A DNA stretch of 64,000 bases. Origin: Felis catus. Taxonomy: Eukaryota. This document shows, piece after piece, positions 25,126 to 36,750 of the stretch. The translations under genes and the position numbers were made by a program. The stretch covers positions 100,938,001-101,002,000 of the forward strand of contig NC_058368.1 in the NCBI RefSeq assembly GCF_018350175.1, written 5' to 3'. Under the pieces are notes generated by a model, which saw only the letters and a list, made by a program, of their open reading frames with translations, was not told the DNA's origin and searched no databases. Positions within the stretch are counted from its first letter, which is position 1, and each line of letters starts with the position of its first letter.

Positions 25126-26895
25126 CTAGATTTATCTTTTAAAGACCATAAACCACTTATAAACCAGATATTTTACTCGTACATTACATAAAACGTCAAT
25201 TTTGTGGTCAGCAGCCATTTTTTAGATCTGTTTTTTTCATTTTGGGTTCACTTCTTTGAAGTGCACCAGGAATTAATATTCTTTTGGGGGCACCTTTTCT
25301 CCATGTACTGTGCAGACCCCCCAAAATGTATTTTTTTGTTTTCACCACTCCATGAGCATCGTAAGGTAGGCACAAGTGAGCTGACGAGGACAAAGTAAAT
25401 GAAACTGAGCTGAGATTCAAGTCTTCAATGTTTTCAAGGTTCACTTACCAGAGAGGGGCTCCCTCTTGCTTTATCCCAGCAAAATTGCAAAGCACTATGT
25501 GTCATAAGCTTCCAGGATTGTGAGTGGTCAGAACCAGAAAGGTTCAGTTTGGAACAGGTTTCTATCTAAGATCTTAGAATTATCATTAAGTTAGTTTTAC
25601 TTCGTAAAGGAGTTTCCACCTCTTTATTCTCATATAATCATAGACATTTCCAAAGGTGAAAATTTTCTTCCGTGTAATATTTTCATCCTTTTTCTCTACC
25701 TTCCATTTTGGTATTTTTAAGATATATGCATGTGTCCCTTCCTGGCCATCCAGTTCTGGCTGAGGTATTTAGCCAGAATTTCAATTATTATTGAAATTTT
25801 CTCTCTTCATCCACCCCTGGCAGGGTAATGTCATTGATGAAGCTGAGTGAACTTGGAGTGCATACCCGGGAAGCCCCGTGTTGTTCCGATGGCCACCCTA
25901 TCTATGCCTTACAGCTCAGGTCCTTAGAATTTTGAGTTTCTCTCACAAATTAAGAAGTCATATGATGGTGGTTTCGCTTCTTACAAAGGACTTCCTTTAA
26001 AATGCACCTGAAGTAAAGACCAAGATCTTGTGTATTGGGGGTGGGGGGCGTACCGGGAAAAGAGGGATGTACAATTTGGACTTCACCAAATCACCATAAA
26101 AGCCCGGAGAAGTCACAGTAAGTATAAAGGTCCTGCTTATCACACGAGACAAACTGTTCTTTGTTCTCGTTAAAGATGGTGAACAGGGTGTTAAATAATA
26201 TTAATGGCCGGGATTGTCAGTACTTAACAGTACTTTCCTTGTACAAGTGATTTTATTGATCGATACAGACTCCATGTAACGGGGCAGATTATTTTTAGTG
26301 ATTTCATCGAAACCTTAACCAAGTTTGTTAGTGTGCCACGTATCTTTAAATAGATCTAGATGATGATGTAGATTAAGAAAAGCAAACCACCATCCATCTC
26401 TTTTTGATCTGTTAATAACTTAAATCCATCATTGCTAGCAAGTGTTTTCAGATTCCGTTGCGCATACGTTTCTCTTGTGCCTGGTTAGAAATCCTGGAAC
26501 CTTGTTTCACTGGTTGGTTGGTTGTTCATATAGGAAAACCCTAACCGCTTATCCAGAATTTAGAAGGCAGGTTAGTTGTCATACTTGGCGAAATAATTGT
26601 CGAAACGTGAAGAAGAAAAACTGTGTTTCCTAAGTTGCATTTTTGTAGGCACTGCCCTCTAGATTCTTAGGTTTTGTGATAGTTCTTGAAGACTTTTTTG
26701 TGCTGAGCTGAAAACACTACGAAAACTATAAGTACTTAGCACAGTATATGATATTTCTCCTTGTATAAATATTTTTAATTTTAATTATAGAGAATTGTGC
26801 TACTTAATATCAAATGTGTTTTTCATTTTCTCAGTGATTTGCTTGCTTCCCATTCATCTCGAAATGAACTTCATTTAAAATAATTTTTAGTACTT

Positions 26896-27110
26896 GGGGC
26901 GCCTGGGTGGCTCTGTCACTTAAGCGTCCGACGTCGGCTCAGGTCATGATCTTGTGGTTTGTGAGTTTGAGCCCCACATGGGGCTCTCTGCTCTCAGAAC
27001 GGAGCCTACTTTGGACCCTCGGTCTCCCTGTCTCTCTCCTCCTCCCCTGCTTGCTCTCTCTCTCTCAAAAATAAATAAAAACATTTTTAAAACTTTTAAA
27101 ATAAAATAAA
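26896..27110 (+). mobile_element. Felid CAN-SINE, TSD taaaataatttttagta
   Basis: ggggcgcctgggtggct head; direct repeat on both sides. Confidence 0.95.
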
Positions 27111-27220
27111 ATAATTTTTAGTAAAGAACAATTTTTTTAAATTTCCGGTACTAGCCATATGTATTACTCCTTTAAAGAAAACAAAACCTTTTTCTTTCGA
27201 GGAAATACATGAAACCAGTA

Positions 27221-27416
27221 TTTTTTTAAATGCTTATTTAGTTTTGAGAGAGACAGAGGGAGAGTGTGAGCATGAGTGGGGAGGGGCAGAGAGAGAGAAG
27301 GACAGAGGATCTGAAGCGGGCTCTGTGCTGACAGCAGAGAGCCCGAAGTGGGGCTCGATCTCGCAAACCCCGTGCTAAAGTCAGACGCTTAAGCGATTGG
27401 GCCACCCAGGAGCCCC
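27221..27416 (-). mobile_element. Felid CAN-SINE
   Basis: T tail, (GA)n, ends cccaggagcccc. Confidence 0.93.
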
Positions 27417-28208
27417 TGCCGGTATTTAGAAAATCCACATAGTGCATTCTTGCTTACTTTGGGTGGGTGAGCCTGGCAAAGGAAGCCTGAGCTGCAGAGC
27501 TATGGATATTGAGCCTTCAGAGGTAATATAGGTCAGTGGAGGTAAGGGCAGTAAAGGCAATGTGAAAAGCTCTAGGAACCTCACACGGGATGGGGAGGAA
27601 CCTGTGTGGAAGAAGGGAAGGGAAGGCCAACAAGCCGTATGCTCCAAAGTGCCTTTAATGAGGCTCACAGCTTAAAACTTGGGGACTTTTAAGACTATGA
27701 ATTACCAAATATTGACCACCTGATTTGGCAGTATGTACTGATTTAAAAACCAAAACCCTCTTAGTAGTCATAAAGTTAGCTTTAGTGCCCTAAACGGGAG
27801 CCTTGGGTTGATAAGATGAATGTCTGGGCTAAATCGTCCTGGACAGCTGTCTCTGCTTGTTGGCCAGCTCAGGGCTGCGTGCTGTTTCTAGAAAGGGGGT
27901 GGGTGAGATGCGGGGTGTTAACACACAGACTTGGGCTCATTGCGGAACGCCAGCTCCAAGCCCCTTCTAGAAACAAGTAGTCCCCCTCGTGTCATTTCAT
28001 CTATATGGACGCAAAGGTAGCCACATACTTCTTTTTCTTCGCATGCAAACTCACCTTACAATGTGGATGCCTTTGTCTGATGAAAACTTAACACCCTGAG
28101 CCAGCATTACGTTTCTGTGACTTCGTTCTTTTAAAAAGATGGCTATAGTGGGCTTGACTCTGTCTTCGGTGCTACCACTTTCCATTCAGAGATGTTATGA
28201 AGCCTGAC

Positions 28209-28428
28209 ATTTTTTTTTAACGTTTATTTTGAGAGAGAGCACGTGCACGCTCATGCGTATGTGAGTGGGGAGAGGGGCAGAGAGAGGGAGAGAGAGAATC
28301 CCAAGCAGGCTCCATGCTCAGCATAGAGTAGAGCCCGACACAGGGCTCGATCTCACAAACCGTGAGATCATGACCTGAGCCGAAACCAAGACTTGGACAC
28401 TTAACCGACTGAGCCACACAGGTGTCCC
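28209..28428 (-). mobile_element. Felid CAN-SINE, TSD aagcctgacatt
   Basis: Direct repeat on both sides. Confidence 0.95.
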
Positions 28429-28640
28429 AAGCCTGACATTATTCCTGAGATACTTTTGATTTGTATTTTATCAGATTTGTATGTGATAGACTCATGAGTT
28501 TTGAAAGAACTGGCTTTTTTCATCAGGTTTAGTTTTAGGTTGATGACTTCAGTTTAATCAAAGAATCTGTTCCGTGGTCTTTTATTTTCTGATATAAGCA
28601 GTCTTATTTCTTCACAGACATCAAGCATTCTCTCCTTGCA

Positions 28641-28812
28641 GGGGCACCTGGGTGGCTCAGTCAGTTAAGCATGCAACTTATGCTCAGGTCACGTTCTCAC
28701 ACCTTGAGGGTTTGAGCCCCACGTCGGGCTCTGTGCTGACAGCTCAGAGTCTAGAACCTGCTTCAGATTCTGTGTCTCCCTCTCTCTCTGCCCCTCCCCT
28801 GCTCCCGCTCTG

Positions 28813-28843
<31 letters not shown>

Positions 28844-28880
28844 TAAAACTAAATAAACATTAAAATAAGAAAATGATAAA
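28641..28880 (+). mobile_element. Felid CAN-SINE, TSD attctctccttgcag
   Basis: Direct repeat on both sides. Confidence 0.95.
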
Positions 28881-29020
28881 GAATTCTCTCCTTGCAGATT
28901 AATGTATTTTTAGTATATCAGTATTTTTGTTACTGTTCTTATTTATACAGGTGTTCATATTCAGCAACTTTGAAAAACATAAAGGATAAAAATAATTTTC
29001 TGTAATTCTTCCACTTAGAC

Positions 29021-29237
29021 CACTATTCCTGAACCAGGGGCAGTTTTTCCTCGCAGGGGACATTAGATGACACATACAGACATTTTTGGTTGTCACAGTT
29101 TGAGGATGGGGTGCTACCAGCATTTAATGGAGGGTGTGGTCACGGATCCTGCTCAATATCTTACAGTGCACAGGACAGCCCCCAACAGATAGTCACTTGC
29201 TCCAAAATGTTACTAGTGGCAAGACTGAGAAACCCTG
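29021..29237. mobile_element. MER20 hAT-Charlie MITE
   Basis: ccaggggcagtttt..ggggacatt..gacatttttggttgtcac..ggggtgctac..tacagtgcacaggacagcccc..gagaaaccctg; degenerate 8-bp TSD acttagac/atttaaac. Confidence 0.88.
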
Positions 29238-29351
29238 ATTTAAACATCTCTGAATTATGGTGTGCTTCATTTGTCTTTTTTCTGTGCATGTTTTTAATCG
29301 TATATTTTAATATATTTGATATGTCGTCTCTAATGTTTTATAAACTCTTTT

Positions 29352-29588
29352 CTTTTTTTTTTTTATTAAAAAAAATTTTTTTTTTCAACGTTTATTTATT
29401 TTTGGGACAGAGAGAGACAGAGCATGAACGGGCGAGGGGCAGAGAGAGAGGGAGACACAGAATCGGAAACAGGCTCCAGGCTCTGAGCCATCAGCCCAGA
29501 GCCCGACGCGGGGCTCGAACTCACAGACCGCGAGATCGTGACCTGGCTGAAGTTGGACGCTTAACCGACAGCGCTACCCAGGCGCCCC
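29352..29588 (-). mobile_element. Young felid CAN-SINE, TSD tataaactcttttctt
   Basis: Perfect TSD at 29339-29354 and 29589-29604; CpG-rich. Confidence 0.97.
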
Positions 29589-31195
29589 TATAAACTCTTT
29601 TCTTAATTTGAAAACATATCTCAGGGTCCCTGGGATAATTACATCTTCAGTAATTATCAACTCAGAGACAGTTTTGTCCATATTCCCAGACATATCCCAC
29701 CTTCCCATATTATTTTGAAAAAACTCACAGATATCTTTTATCTATAAATATTTCAGGATGTATCTCTAATAGATGAAGTTTTTTTTTTAAAAAACTATTT
29801 TAATAAATGCTCCATTATATTCTATGCTATGGATGCATTATCATTTATTTCAGAACCTGCTCTTAAGTTTTGGGATTCTTTTTAATTTTCAACCTAGAGT
29901 GTTTTGGGGTTTTTTGGGGTTTGTCTTTGTTTGTTTTCGGTGTTTTTTTGTTTTTTGTAGGTCTTCATATGGCATATTCTCCCGGTTCCACAGGTAAAGG
30001 GGAAAGTGTGCAAACTAAGCAAGGCGAGAATGAGCACAAGACCCTTAATTTCATTAACCACTGTGTAACTGGTAAAGATTAATGTCCATATCTCTTGCTA
30101 ATTCTTTCCAATTACTTAGTTCATATAAATTCCCAAGCCTGGTTAATTATGCTGAAGTCAGGTAGTAATTTTGAACACTGTTCCGACAACAAGGGAATTT
30201 TCCTGGTCTAACCTTGCCCTCTCACACAGACTCTCAGCAGATTAGGCCCTCAGCCCAGAGTCCATTCATTTTCTGCTCAGGCCTAATTGCTGCCGACTGG
30301 CTGCCACAGGTACCGGGATAGCCTGTGTTTAAGGAGGCAGGGACTTCTGAGAACAAATAAGGAAAGATTAATTGTTTGTTTTGGGCCCTCCCAAGAGAAA
30401 TGTGGGTCCTTAATCAAGAAAAATAATTTCTTCTGTTGATTTGGCTTATTTGGAGAAAAGATAATTGTGTAAAGGTACGTGCGAAGTGGTGCCTTTTCTA
30501 AGAGGTATTGCCACTTACCTCCACAAGAGACAAGGGCACGGGGAAATAAATGTAAGACACTGACGAAATGGATGAGGATGCCTCACATTTCTCATAGTAA
30601 GTAATCTGGCTGTTGGGCTTTCATTGGGACCAATAGTGCTAGCTGCAATTGTCATTTGTTTTGTCTGGATCTTTGGAAAACTAATCAGGGAGACAATAGT
30701 GTAAAAAAAAAAAAATCAACAACACTTTTCCAAATTGTTCTTAATTGCTGGAGTACAAAGTGAGCTAAATGCTGTGATGTTTCCAATTAAGGAACCTGTT
30801 TCAAGCAAGTGCTATTAAATCTATCTTTCCCAGTCTGATAAATAAGCGATCAAAGAGTAGAGGAGATGAATTGAGACCAATTAGTTCCAGATTCCTGAAA
30901 ACAGGCCATGTGAACGAATATTAGTAATGATTTGGGGCAATTTTTGGCACGGGAACAGTGTCACACCTTCTGGCCAATCAAAAAAGGAAATTGATGAAAG
31001 GTTACCATATTGCTTACGGTTTTTAGTATTGAAAACTCTTTGCTTTCTCGAATCTCAGGTTGTGTGAGAAAGACTTTTGACGTGTTCTAAATCAAAATTG
31101 ACCCATGACTTCAGCGAATGAATTAAAAGAGAAAAGTATAATGTCCCTCTGACAGGAAGGAATAAGGTTGTAAACACCAGAGTGTCTATACTAGT

Positions 31196-31425
31196 CAGGA
31201 ATCAGCATGATTTTTCTGTAAAAGACCAGCTGGTAAATATTTTAGGCTCTGCAGGCCATACAGTCTCTGTCACAACCACAGGACTCTGCCACTGTCATGT
31301 GAAGGCTGCCGTAAGATGTTAAAAGACGGTACGTAGCAAGGGAGAGGGCCTGTGTTCTAATAAAACTTTATTTACAAGGGGATGCAGCAGGCCAGATTTG
31401 GGCCTCTGGCTATAGTTGACCCTTG
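31196..31425. mobile_element. MER58A-like hAT MITE
   Basis: ttttctgtaaaagaccag..gtaaatattttaggct..gtctctgtcacaac..gttctaataaaactttatttacaa..ggccagatttgg. Confidence 0.88.
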
Positions 31426-31474
31426 AATTTAAAAGCCGGTCTAGAATGAGGCAGATGGGGAACAGCAGAGGGCT

Positions 31475-31690
31475 GGAATGGAAGAGTGTGGCCTGGCACT
31501 TTGGGGGGGGGGGCACGGACATGGGTTCAGAGTCCTGAACCTCCACTCACTGCTGTCTCACCTGGGGTTGTAACTTAACCTGTCTGTGCCCTAGTCACCT
31601 TTTCTGTAAAGGGAGTTTAAAAGGCATAACTCCTAGAGTTGGTAAAGAGGACCACGTGAGCTAATGTATATGAAGTACCATCTAGTTCCT
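31475..31690 (+). mobile_element. MIR remnant
   Basis: gggttcagagtcctg..cactcactgctgt..aacttaacctgtctgtgcc..tctgtaaa..gagctaatgtatatgaagt. Confidence 0.7.
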
Positions 31691-33309
31691 AAAATAGAAT
31701 AGGCCTACGTTGAAGAGCAGCTCTCCCTTCTTCCTTAGATCTGTTTTCCCCCAGTCCCAGAATATCCTCAGGACTCCGAAGAGCCACAAGGATTAATGCC
31801 TAATCTTAATTATTTAGCCTTGGAAATTAAATTAGAGGATATTCCTTCAGGAACCATCTCATCAAGTCAGCTCAAACCATGACTAATTTAAAATACTATT
31901 GGGGGCCATCCTGGGCAGAAATGTCCAAGATGCTGCAAGATGTTGTCACTAGGAAGTTCCAATGGAAATGCTTTATCCATTCACTCGCTCATTGATTCAT
32001 AAAATAAACACCCTTGGAGGACCTGTGCTGGGCCGCAGAGTCTGCATGGCGCTTTACGTTTAGTCCTTCCCAGTCCCAGCTCAACGGCGTCATGTGGTAT
32101 CTGAGGTTGAAGTGAGTCTGTTTAAATATGGACCATTTCGTCTAGGACGACGTGCCCTGAGGCTCTCTGAAAAGCCCCTCTGTTTTCCTCAGTAGACAAA
32201 ATAGTAGGAAGTAAATCAGGTAAATCAGCTTAAACCTTTTGAAGAACCTGCTGGTCAGGGGAGACGATTTGAGGAGAGCCCGCGTAGGCATCTCATCCCT
32301 GGGGGCAGCACTTGCAGCCCGCTTACCGGCGTATACAAGGCCAACTGTGCATAGTCCCCCCGTTGGAATGTAGAAAGCAGTCAGGAAACTTGCAATTATA
32401 TTTCTTTTTTATCTGACAAACAAGTGAAGCCAGCTTTATGAATATTGCTGCTCAGACTGATTCCGACCCTTTCACAAGTCCAGATGTCAGGCAGCCTGGG
32501 GTCCACAACCAGGGGCCTCGCCCTGGTGCCCTTGATTGCGTGTTCGTTATAGCTTATTGCCTGTCAGGTGCCTCATGAGGCTGTATTACCAACTGAAGCT
32601 CACGGAAGGCGCAAGTTGCTTAAAAGCGAGCCTAGCAAAGGAAGGGCAGACTGAAGACAAAACTAAAGATTGCTTGCCCGGTGAACAGCAGGAAGGAGGC
32701 AGCATTGGTGCAGGCGCTGTCCCCCAACTCCTGCCAGCTGGCCGCAGCCTCAGTGTAACCCACCCTCCCCCCCCAGCCTCCGAAGGCTCCGGGAACCCCA
32801 AGTGGGAAAGTAACTGGCTTTTGAAAGAACACAAGCCTGGGAGAGAACGTTTTGAAAATGGATGTCTGACAAAGTTTCTATCATTATGGGATTTGGCTGC
32901 CAGGATGAATGTTTGTAACCTAAAATTCTCTCTACCTCCCTTAAAACTTGGAAACAGAATTTTCTAGCCTGTTCAAAAACCTTTCACAAGAAGAGTTTCA
33001 GTTGGGTCTTGGATCCAGATTTTTCTAAATGCAACATTTTTCCACTTGCTCTCCAAGAACAACCGTGTGACGTCAGGAAAGCAGGGAATTTCTTGGCCAA
33101 ACCTCATTAAAATGTCTTTGTCTTCCTGGAGGTTGGAATTGGAAAAATTGGTACTCCGACTTAGCAAGTGCAGCTGTTGGACCTACCGGTCTTTGTGAGA
33201 TAGTGTTTCCAACAAAGGCAGTTCTTAGCACCAAATATTTCTGAAATGAACGAAATTCTCAGTCATTCTCGAACCTAGTGCAGAATAGTCACTTAAGACC
33301 ACCTTAAGA

Positions 33310-33512
33310 GGGGCTCCTGGGCAGCTTAGACAGTTAAGCCACTGACACTTGATTTCGGCTCTGGTCATGATCTTACACTTGGTGAGTTCGAGCTCCACAT
33401 CTGGCTCTGGGCTGACAGCATGGAGCCTGCTTGGGATTCTCTCTCTCCCTCTCTCTCTGCCCCTCCCCTGCCCTATCTCTCTTTCTCTCAAAATAAATAA
33501 ACGTAACAAAAA
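33310..33512 (+). mobile_element. Felid CAN-SINE, TSD about agaycaccttaag
   Basis: ggggctcctggg head, (CT)n, A tail. Confidence 0.93.
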
Positions 33513-33654
33513 AGAGATCACCTTAAGGCAGCATACTCAGTTACATTCTCATGTTAAAAGTATCATTATTTGTAATTTTTAATAAAAATAAACATTCTTT
33601 GTATCATTGATAAGCACAATAAAATAAAATTTGTTTTAAATCTTGTTTCATCTT

Positions 33655-33863
33655 GGGACACCTGGGCGGCTCAGTCGGTTGAGCATCCAAATTTGGCTCA
33701 GGTCATGATCTCGCAGTTCGTGAGTTTGAGCCCCGCATCAGGCTCTGTGCTGACAGCTCAGAGCCTGGAGCCTGCTTTGGATTCTGTGTATCCTCCTCTC
33801 TCTGTCTCTCCCATGCTCATGCTCTGTCTCTCTCTGTCTCTCAATAATAAATAAATGTTAAAA

Positions 33864-33898
<35 letters not shown>

Positions 33899-33927
33899 AT
33901 AGATAGATAGATAAATAAATAAATAAA
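33655..33927 (+). mobile_element. Felid CAN-SINE with (TAAA)n(TAGA)n tail
   Basis: TSD tcttgtttcatctt/tcttatttcatctt; tetranucleotide STR about 33864-33927. Confidence 0.95.
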
Positions 33928-34434
33928 TGTCTTATTTCATCTTTATATTTCTTAAAATTTCCTTTTGTGTATGTCTTACATAGCACATAATTAAGACAGT
34001 GATACCTTAATGGTGTATAATTAAGTAAATATGTATATTTTAGGATGGGGGCTGAACTCCTTTTCCTTTGAGAGGCCTATGATGAAAAGTCTTTGGGATA
34101 CACTACTCCCTCTTCGGCAGAACCCCCTGTTCCATTCGTGCCAAGGTGTTTTAAGTAAGTAAAATAATGTAGTTACAGTGTGTTTAGAACTTGTGAAAAA
34201 TATTTTTTTTTCCTGTAGGGCTTATTTGTAATTTATTAAACAAAGTGCTCAGTTTCCCAAAAAATTTTTTGAAGGGCCTTTTCCAGTTCAGAACTTGGCA
34301 AACTCCCATCTTGCTTTTGGACTAAAAATGGCGGGTTATTTTCAGCCTCGACGAAGAGTCTTACCTCCATATCCCTGAAGCCAGAGTAAATTCTAGTTGT
34401 GGCAATACACTTAGAGTCTAAAGAATGTCTAGTA

Positions 34435-34677
34435 CTTTTTTTTTTTTTTTTGAGAGAGAGAGAGAGAGAGGCCAAGTGAGCGAGCAGGCAACTGAGCAAG
34501 GGCAGAGAGAGAGAGAGAGAGAATCCCATGAGGGAAAGGGTGAAAGAGAGAGAGAGAAGCAGGCTCACCTTAAGTGGGGTTTGAGCTCACCCAATGCGGG
34601 ACTCGAGTTGACAAACCATGAGATCGTGACCTGAGCCGAAGTCAGATGCTTACCTGACTGAGCCTCACAGGTGCCCC
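34435..34677 (-). mobile_element. Variant-body felid CAN-SINE, TSD agaatgtctartact
   Basis: Standard head; body agaagcaggctcaccttaagtggggtttgagctcaccc differs from the other copies. Confidence 0.9.
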
Positions 34678-34959
34678 AGAATGTCTAATACTAAACCATT
34701 CCCTGGCTTTGCCTTCTCTACTTTTTCTTCTCCTTTACAGAATGGGTATTATTTTATTTTAACTTTACTTTTTCCGCAGATGCTGTTTGCCTCCTCAGTG
34801 AGGATTGTGGCTTTTACCCTGTTTTCTGTGCTCCCTGACCCTCCTAGTGATTTGAGATGACATTTGAGTCATTGTCTCTTGCCTCGGCATGCCTTTCATG
34901 TAGCAGATACGTAAATTGATTTTTCGCTTTTTCTCCCTCATCCACCTGGGCAGGAAGGT

Positions 34960-35930
34960 AGAGCAGCGACATCTGAACAGAGGATATGTTGTTGGAACTC
35001 TGATGGTCTGTCTCTGTTATTGTTTCAAACCGTTCACGATGATGCCTCGTGCCCTACTGAGACCGTCTTCACCTTCCAGATACACAACGGAATTCGGCAC
35101 CGCTGTACCCAGGATGCGCCTTGGGCTTATTTCCAACATTATTCTTCATCGCGTTGGCACCTCTCGGGTGGACACTTTCTCCACAGAGCCTCTCGGGTAC
35201 TATTTTGGAAAAATCTGGGCCATTTTGGGCCATTCATAGGTTCCTTTATAAAATCATTCCTTTCACTAAAAATAGTCCCATGACTGTGCCCTGCAAGCTA
35301 TTCATAATCAGTCAGAGAAGTACTTTCCTTGGTTGTCATCACCGTGCCATTATCATTATTCAGTGTTCCTAGATCCTCATGGCAGTTTTCCTCATTTGCT
35401 TGGGGTACTCTAGTTCACCCTGAGGTAGATATTCCTACTCACCGTCGTCTCTGACCTGCCAAAAAATTGTCTCATGGCTCTTTGTCAGGTACCAAACTGT
35501 CATATTCCTAGGCCAGGTGTCCAGAATTCCAGCCTTACTCTTGCTATCTCTTCTGTGCCGATCACACTAGCTGACTACCTGCCCCCTTGTCTGACCCTTG
35601 TGTTTACCCTACTCTGTACCCTGTATGTCCGGGTATCCCATACCCTGTATGTCCCTTTCTCGCATCTCTGTTCCCCAGAGCATCCTGAAAGGCTTATTTG
35701 CAGTTGCCCCTCCTTCGTGAGACCTTTCTTGATTCTCCACACCCAGATGTGATACTGTGGAGCCTGAATGCACCTTAGCTGTACGTACACCAGCACATCT
35801 TACCTTCTGTTACAGCTCCTAGGGCTAACTTCTCCACACCAAGTTTTCAGTCCTGCCTGCCACCCACCTGGGCTCCCCTAAACATCTTCCAACTTCAGTT
35901 CAGCCCACCCTGATGGCTGTCCAAGCCTGC
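34960..35930 (+). mobile_element. Degenerate L2 remnant
   Basis: CT-rich, with L2-like phrases (ctcaccgtcgtctctgacctg, ctccttcgtgagacctttcttgattctcc). Confidence 0.45.
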
Positions 35931-36219
35931 AAGATGAATAGTTTGGTTTTAACGATATCTGGTATCATTCTGACCCTTTCTTTTGTTATTTTTTGTTCCT
36001 TTCTGGTAGTTGGGGACATAATCTGAGATTGAAATGACAGTAGTGCCCACATTCATCATGCAGTTTTTCACTGCATTGTATTCTCTGAGTTGGTAGTGGT
36101 ATTTCTGTATTATTTGGTATGTACAACATTTAAAATGGGGCTGCATAGAAATTTTAAATTGTATACAGCAAAAAAGTCACCACGAATTCGAATCCTGAGA
36201 CAAAAAGACTGAAAAATAT

Positions 36220-36750
36220 GCATAATACATAGGACAGAAGTCTGATTGCTGTGTTATGCAAAGAGCTGTTACAAATCACTAAGAGATAGATAACCCAGTA
36301 GGAAAATGGACAGAATTCACTTATTTAAAAAATTATAAATGCTCAGGAAACAAGAGAAAAAGCTACTTCATTATTAATCGGAGGGTAGTAAATTTAAATG
36401 AGATATTTACTTATGGAATTGCAAAGATTCAAACAAAACATTTGTACTGTACCTTTAAGGTGACTGCCCGTTGTGTCAACCTTCTGGAGAAGCAATTTGG
36501 CATTTCCCTCTCTAGGAATTTATCCTACAATTATTCTTGCATAGTTGGGCTATGCTGTATGTAAGGCATTTATTTCATTGCAATGTAATTATACTAAAAA
36601 TTGCCCAATAAGGTGCACATTAGTGGAAAATGTAGTGGAATACACTACTCCTTTCTACTGCGGGGGAAAGCGCTCCAAAATACTCCACAGCAGTTCCAAA
36701 GAATGCTTTAACTGTCTATGTGTAGGGACAGGGAAAGATGTCTAAGCATT
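36220..36750 (+). mobile_element. Old L1M(E) ORF2 3' remnant
   Basis: aaagagctgttacaaatca..aacccagtaggaaaatggaca..cttctggagaagcaatttggca..ctaggaatttatcct. Confidence 0.75.

Noticed and set aside
32536..32967. 143-aa ORF
   Set aside because: TTG start, no recognisable homology, no supporting splice pattern.
34720..34800. Two strong-looking acceptors (cctttacag, tttccgcag)
   Set aside because: No convincing donor at exon distance; decoy acceptors are common in long introns.
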